A stretch of 64,000 nucleotides of DNA, from assembly GCF_009914755.1 (NCBI RefSeq), contig NC_060925.1. One strand, given 5' to 3'. The notes beneath the pieces were generated by a model. The model made no database searches. It was not told the origin of the DNA and saw nothing but the letters and a program-made list of their open reading frames with translations. Shown piece after piece: positions 58,823 to 64,000 of this stretch (position 1 is its first letter; each line of letters starts with the position of its first letter). This stretch comes from the human T2T-CHM13v2.0 reference genome, Homo sapiens. The position numbers and the translations under genes were made by a program.

Positions 58823-60946
58823 AGATTAATTTCTAGTGCCCCAGAATGATGCCATGTTGTTCATCCTTTGAACTTTCTTAATATCACAAGGTGACTTCTG
58901 AATTTCTTCTAAGGAGAATTTTAAAATGTTTTACTTTGGAAGAGGTCTCTTTTTATTTTTAATCAAAATAATGGATATTTTAAGGGAAACTCTAAGGTTA
59001 AATGAATTCCTTTATCCCGGGTTATTCTTCTTTCCTGGAAAATGAAATGGCTAAATTTGTGATTCTTCCAAAGCCATACTCCACTCCAACCCTCTTACTG
59101 TTTTCCCTGGGCACCGTTACCGTGACCTTCCAGGTCTCCTCTTGTTTCTGAGGCAGTGAAGGTAGACTATGTCTAACAGGTCACAGAGAGTTGTTCCTCC
59201 GGGTTTCTCCATATTTATCCCCTGTTCTTCTAGTTCCTCAAAATCCTACTTTGCCTGCAGTGTCACTTATGCCCAAATCTTTCACAATCTGGTTTCTAAG
59301 TTTGCCTCTTTTTCTTCTGTCAATAAAAACTTTCTGCTGCCTTTAAGCCTTTGCCTAAACCATTACTCTAACATGAAAAGCCTACCCACATCTCACCCAT
59401 TTAAGCAGATTTTAATCTAAACTTCAAAATATATATTTCAAATCTCCTCCAAGAAATGTTGTCTTATCCTTTTCTGTGTTGGTTCTCTCTCGTTCCTTCT
59501 TTCTTATTATACCCTTCTTGCTGGCTTCCCTTGTCTTTGGATATTACCATAAGCTGACTGGTATTATGGTTTTGCTATTCATGTGGTTATGACTTATTTT
59601 CCTTACAGTATCCAAAGATGTGCCTTGATGTCTGCTGAACAGTCTTATGGGGGTGAATTCACATAAGTGTTTGCTGGACTCATCATAAAAAGACTTTTCC
59701 TAATAATGCGTTTGATCTGAGGCTCAGGACATTTCATTTGTGAGCCCTAGACTTATACATAGGTGAACATTTATTTTGAACCTATCATGTCAAAAAGACA
59801 CAAAGATACTTGAGACATGTTCTCTACTGTCAAAACAGAAAGAAATTATTAATAAGGAGAGTATAACTCAGTTGTTAAATAGCAGATAGACAGTATAGAC
59901 TGAAGCCATAGAGGATGTGAACTTTTGAGCAAAATAGACCTCAGTTCCAACTCTGTTTCTGTCACTCAGTAGCTGCTTAACATAGAGCAAAGTTCTTCTC
60001 CATGGAGATGTTTTCTTCTTTAAAAGGTAGGGAAGATGATAATGAGTATCTGTTAGGGGTATTGTGATCATTGGATGATATAATATATATAAGGTGTTTC
60101 AATTATGAATATATTATGTCTGTAGTATCATAGTATATACGCTATATGTAGCATACATATACTATGTAGGACATATACAGTGTCATAGAATACATAGTAT
60201 TCATACTATACATGTATATATATAAAAGATAAGTAATATACATACTATACATTCATATATATAAAATGTGTGATATATGCAATGTAGTATAGACTATAGT
60301 AAGATCTCAGCAAGCAGTTGGATATGATATATAATCTCTTCCTAATAACTGCTATAGGAGCTTAGAGAAATAAATGACGACTGCTTGCTGGAGAAGTAAA
60401 GAGAAGTCTTCACACAGAGCATTTGGCACTTGAGCAGCAAGGAGAAAAGAAAGGATGGCATTCTAGGTAGGAGAGATGATATGAGCACAGGTACCCCTGT
60501 GAAAATGTGTATGATGTATTTGGGGACCAATGGCTAGGTGGATTAGTCTATAAAGAGGACGAATTAAAAAATAGTGATGATTAAGGTTGAAGGATCCATG
60601 AGAAAGGCCAGGAGAGGGTTTTCTAAATACCCATGTGTAGATCAATGTTTTAAATTCTTATTCCCAGTAAATAACAATTTGGAAGGCATTATTACTTGGT
60701 TTCAGCCTTAAGAGAAAATTCTTACCTTGGCATGGTACTTTGTCTGACATTCCTGCTGCTCTATTCTGTTCAACTTCCTCATGCAGTGTTTGTGGACCCT
60801 GACAGTGTTTCTTTTCAGTGAAGTGCTCTGTGCCATGTCCTATTTATTTCAATGTGCAAGTCCCCATTTTTATTATTTCTATGAGTCATTTTCTAAAATA
60901 TCTTAAAATGCAGTAAGTATATTCTTGGTGAGGATGAATAAACAGT

Positions 60947-61636
60947 TTTTTTTTCTAATTTTGTTTTAGTTGCAGGGGTACATGTGCAGGTTTGTTATAT
61001 AGGTAAATTGCATATGGGGGTTTGGTGGACACATTATTTTATTGCCCAGGTAATAAGCACAGTACCTGATGGGCAGATTTTTTATCTTCTCCCTCCTCCT
61101 ATCCTTCACCCTCAAGTAGGATCTGGTGTCCATTGTTTCCTTCTTTGTGTCCACATGTACTCAATGTTTAGCTTCCATTTATAAGTGAGAACATGCAGTA
61201 TTTGGTATTCCATTCCTACATTAGTTCACTTATAGCAATGGCCTCTAGCTCCATTCATGTTGCTGCAAAGGACATGATTTCATTCTTTTTATGCCTGCAT
61301 AGTATTTCATGGTGTATATGTACCATATTTTCTTTATCCAGTCTACTGTTGATGGTCATTTAGGTTGATTTCATATCTTTGCTATTGTGAATAGTGCCGC
61401 AGTGAACATACGCATGCATGTGTCTTTATGGTAGAACAATTTATATTCCTTTGGGTATATACCCCATAATGGGATTGCTGAGTCAAATGGTAGTTTTGTT
61501 TTAAGTACTTTTGGAAATCATCAAGCTGTTTTCACAGTGGCTGAACTAATTTACATTCCCACTAGCAATATAAGTGTTCCCTTTTCTCTGCATCCTCACC
61601 AGAATCTGTTATTTTTTGACTTTTTAATAATAACCC
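60947..61636 (-). mobile_element. L1PA (older) 3' fragment interrupting the C4BPA-like duplicated intron
   Basis: TSD gaatRRacagtttt at about 60936 and 61637. Confidence 0.9.
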
Positions 61637-62062
61637 GAATGGACAGTTTTGATTGGGGAGCAATGACTCAGGGATTGTGGATGATGTAACTTTCTCACAG
61701 TTTCTCACAGATGCACATCTCTGCATTTAGCTTGCAAGGGACTAAGGGTAGCATGAGTATAATATGACTTTAGGCTGAATCCAGCCTTCATGCCAAAATG
61801 GTTCCTAAACAATGTCAAGTTGAGTGAGCTTGTTAGTAAGATGGTGGAAAATGTAAGGTCTATAACTTGAGCCTTTCTACAGTTCCTCAGCCTGAGGCTG
61901 ACAGGATGGCCACACAAGTATGAAGGTTTAGCCAAGTGATTTTATGGGCAGAGAGGATGGAAGGACAGAATAAAGCCTCCTACAAATAACATGCATTCTG
62001 GGATGTGCTATTTTGTACATTCTATAACCTCGTGCTCTGTCACGTTTGTATCTCACCATCAA

Positions 62063-62233
62063 ATTGCAGTTTTGCCCCTAGTTTTGCCCATGGGCATCCT
62101 AAACAAGTTAATTTATGCAACTGTTTCAAAAATGAGGCTGTATATAAATGTGATGAAGGCTACACTGTGATCGGACAGGTGAAACTCACCTGCATTTCTT
62201 CCTGCTGGTCATCTCCAGCCCCTCAATGTAAAA
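62063..62233 (+). pseudogene. CCP7-like exon with lost acceptor
   Basis: 171 nt open; CSFAPSFAHGHPKQVNLCNCFKNEAVYKCDEGYTVIGQVKLTCISSCWSSPAPQCK; preceded by CAA rather than AG. Confidence 0.9.
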
Positions 62234-62424
62234 GTAACTCCAGCTCCCTTTTCAGTCCATGACTACGTGGGTGGAACTGTCATTAGAGCACTGAGAGCAA
62301 AGTTTCTCCTCTGCTAGAGGCAGCACAAAAACATTCTATTTGATTTATTTTAAATAATTAATATATGGAGATGATACCCAATGCAAAAACTACAAAGGAC
62401 ATCCAGCACCTATATTTCATTTAG

Positions 62425-62586
62425 GAGTCCCTGAGCAAGCACTCCCAGGCAGAAAACTCATGCAGTGTCTCCCAAACCCAGACAATGTGAAAATGGCGCT
62501 GGAGGTGTATAAGCTGTCTCCAGAGATTGACCTACTGGAACTAGAGATACAAGGGAAGATGATCCACTCTGGAAAAATAACTATAA
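62425..62586 (+). pseudogene. Frameshifted oligomerisation-domain exon
   Basis: LMQCLPNPDNVKMALEVYKLSPEIDLLELEI; 10-nt deletion near 62431 and 2-nt deletion near 62549 relative to C4BPA; stops in the restored frame. Confidence 0.9.
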
Positions 62587-63241
62587 TTTTTCCCAAAAGA
62601 GGGAAAAAAAGATGCCTTGTGGCCTTGTTGCTTTCATTCAATATGGATCACTTCTGTTTTGCATCTCTACCATACCTTTAGCTCCAATTTCATGGTGATT
62701 AATATTCACATATCAGAACTACTTTGTCTTTGTAATCATTTAAGAGCCCAGCAAATGAGAGTCCTAAAAAACCCACTTCATAAGTTAATACTTTTATTTT
62801 ACTGTGTAGACCTTAGAAGTGCATACTTGGCTTTCCACCAATATGTGTCCCTGGACTGCCTTTACTCCACAGTTCCATGTGTGCACACCTCTCAGGTCCT
62901 CTATGTTCAGACTAAACATCAACACACCCTCAAAGACTCTTCCAATCTTTCTATTTGAGGGAGGCATGCCCTCCCCTGAACTCTTGTGCATGTTGCCTCT
63001 TTCATTCATGCCACATCTCAACTGTTGCCTTCCATGAAGGGGATTTTCATTTGTGTTTGACCTCCTTGTTTCAACTCCAAAGAAGGAACTCTAAAATAGG
63101 GATGAATATTGTCGTGGGTTGCAACTGGCTGGGGCCAGCCTTGCAGGTGGTAAACAAACTTACCAAGACAGTCTTAGGTGAAGAAAGGCAGGTTTATTAC
63201 AAAAAATATTAAAATACGAAGATATGTTGCAAGAGAGCAAC

Positions 63242-64000
63242 GGGTGAAGATGGCTGAATAGAAAGAGCTCCGGTCTGCAGTTCCCAGCGTGATCGACACA
63301 GAAGACAGGTGATTTCTGCATTTCCAACTGAGGTACCTGGTTCATCGCATTGGGACTGGTTGGACAGTGGGTGCAGCCCATGGAGGGCGAGCTGAAGCAG
63401 GATGGGGCGTCGCCTCACCCGGGAAGCACAAGAGGTCGGGGGATTTCCCTTTCCTAGCTGAAGGAAGCCATGACAGACTACCTGGAAAAACTGGACACTC
63501 CCGCCAAAATACTGCACTTTTCCCAAGGTCTTATGCAACTGGCAGACAAGGAGGTTCTCTCCCATGGCTGGCTTGGCAGGTCCCACGCCCATGGAGCCTT
63601 GCTCACTGCTAGCGCAGCAGTCTGAGACTGAACTGTGAGGCAGCACCCTGGCTGGGGGAGGGGCGTCTGCCATTGCTGAGGCTTGAATAGGTAAACAAAA
63701 TGGCCAGGAAGCTCAAACTGGGTGGAGCCCACTGCAGCTCAACAAGGCCCACTGCCTCTAGACTCCACCTCTGTGGGCAGGGCATAGCTGAATAAAAGGC
63801 AGCAGACAACTTCTGCAGACTTAAACGTCCCTGTCTGACAGCTCTGAAGAGAGCAGTGGTTCTCCCAGCACGGTGTTTGAGCTCAGAGAATGGACAGACT
63901 GCTTCCTCAAGTGGGTCCCTGAACCCTGTGTAGCCTAACTGGGAGACACCTCCCAGTAGGGGCTGATAGACACCTCATATAGGCAGCTGCCCCTCTGGGA
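63242..64000 (+). mobile_element. L1PA 5'UTR (start of a probably long element continuing beyond the window)
   Basis: aagatggctgaatag..gctccggtctgcag.tcccagcgtgatcgac, L1PA7/8-like. Confidence 0.92.

Larger units (their letters stand above)
57631..62586 (+). pseudogene. Second, decayed C4BPA-family pseudogene, apolipoprotein R-like
   Basis: Signal exon, dead CCP6 exon, CCP7 exon and terminal exon remnants in order; flanks align to C4BPA 7.7-8.7 kb and 11.8-12.9 kb. Confidence 0.85.

Noticed and set aside
60080-60300. Quasi-periodic TA-rich tract
   Set aside because: Ordinary decayed low-complexity sequence with no repeat-spacer structure
62460-62681. 73-aa ORF with an oligomerisation helix as a functional micro-protein
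   Set aside because: Frameshifted pseudo-exon lacking the first Cys and a leader; the C-terminus is read from former 3'UTR
63209-63809. Overlapping ORFs up to 154 aa
   Set aside because: They lie in a GC-rich L1 5'UTR; no independent coding evidence

Overview
Mammalian genomic DNA, recognisably the human regulators-of-complement-activation (RCA) cluster. Three tandem + strand members of the C4b-binding protein alpha family sit in a repeat-rich background. (1) 1654-12210: the last four exons of C4BPA (CCP6, CCP7, CCP8, oligomerisation domain, 3'UTR). (2) 32743-51159: a complete 11-coding-exon paralogue, C4BPAP1, which resembles rodent sperm ZP3R/sp56. Its exons splice into a 1893-nt frame with one nonsense codon (34656-34658) and one lost Cys (38951-38953), both in CCP2. 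Its CCP8 and terminal exons look gene-converted with C4BPA. (3) 57631-62586: a more decayed fossil gene whose frameshifted signal exon and CCP7 exon closely match pig apolipoprotein R as I recall it. It also has a dead CCP6 exon and a deletion of CCP8. Other items: a 5'-truncated SRP72 retrocopy nested in an L1, a tailless 5S rRNA fragment, an ERVL internal region with nested LTRs, an inverted L1 pair, a twin-primed L1, and many Alu/L1/MaLR/MIR elements. Protein and repeat-family comparisons are from memory, not database searches. Repeat boundaries are approximate unless target-site duplications (TSDs) are given.
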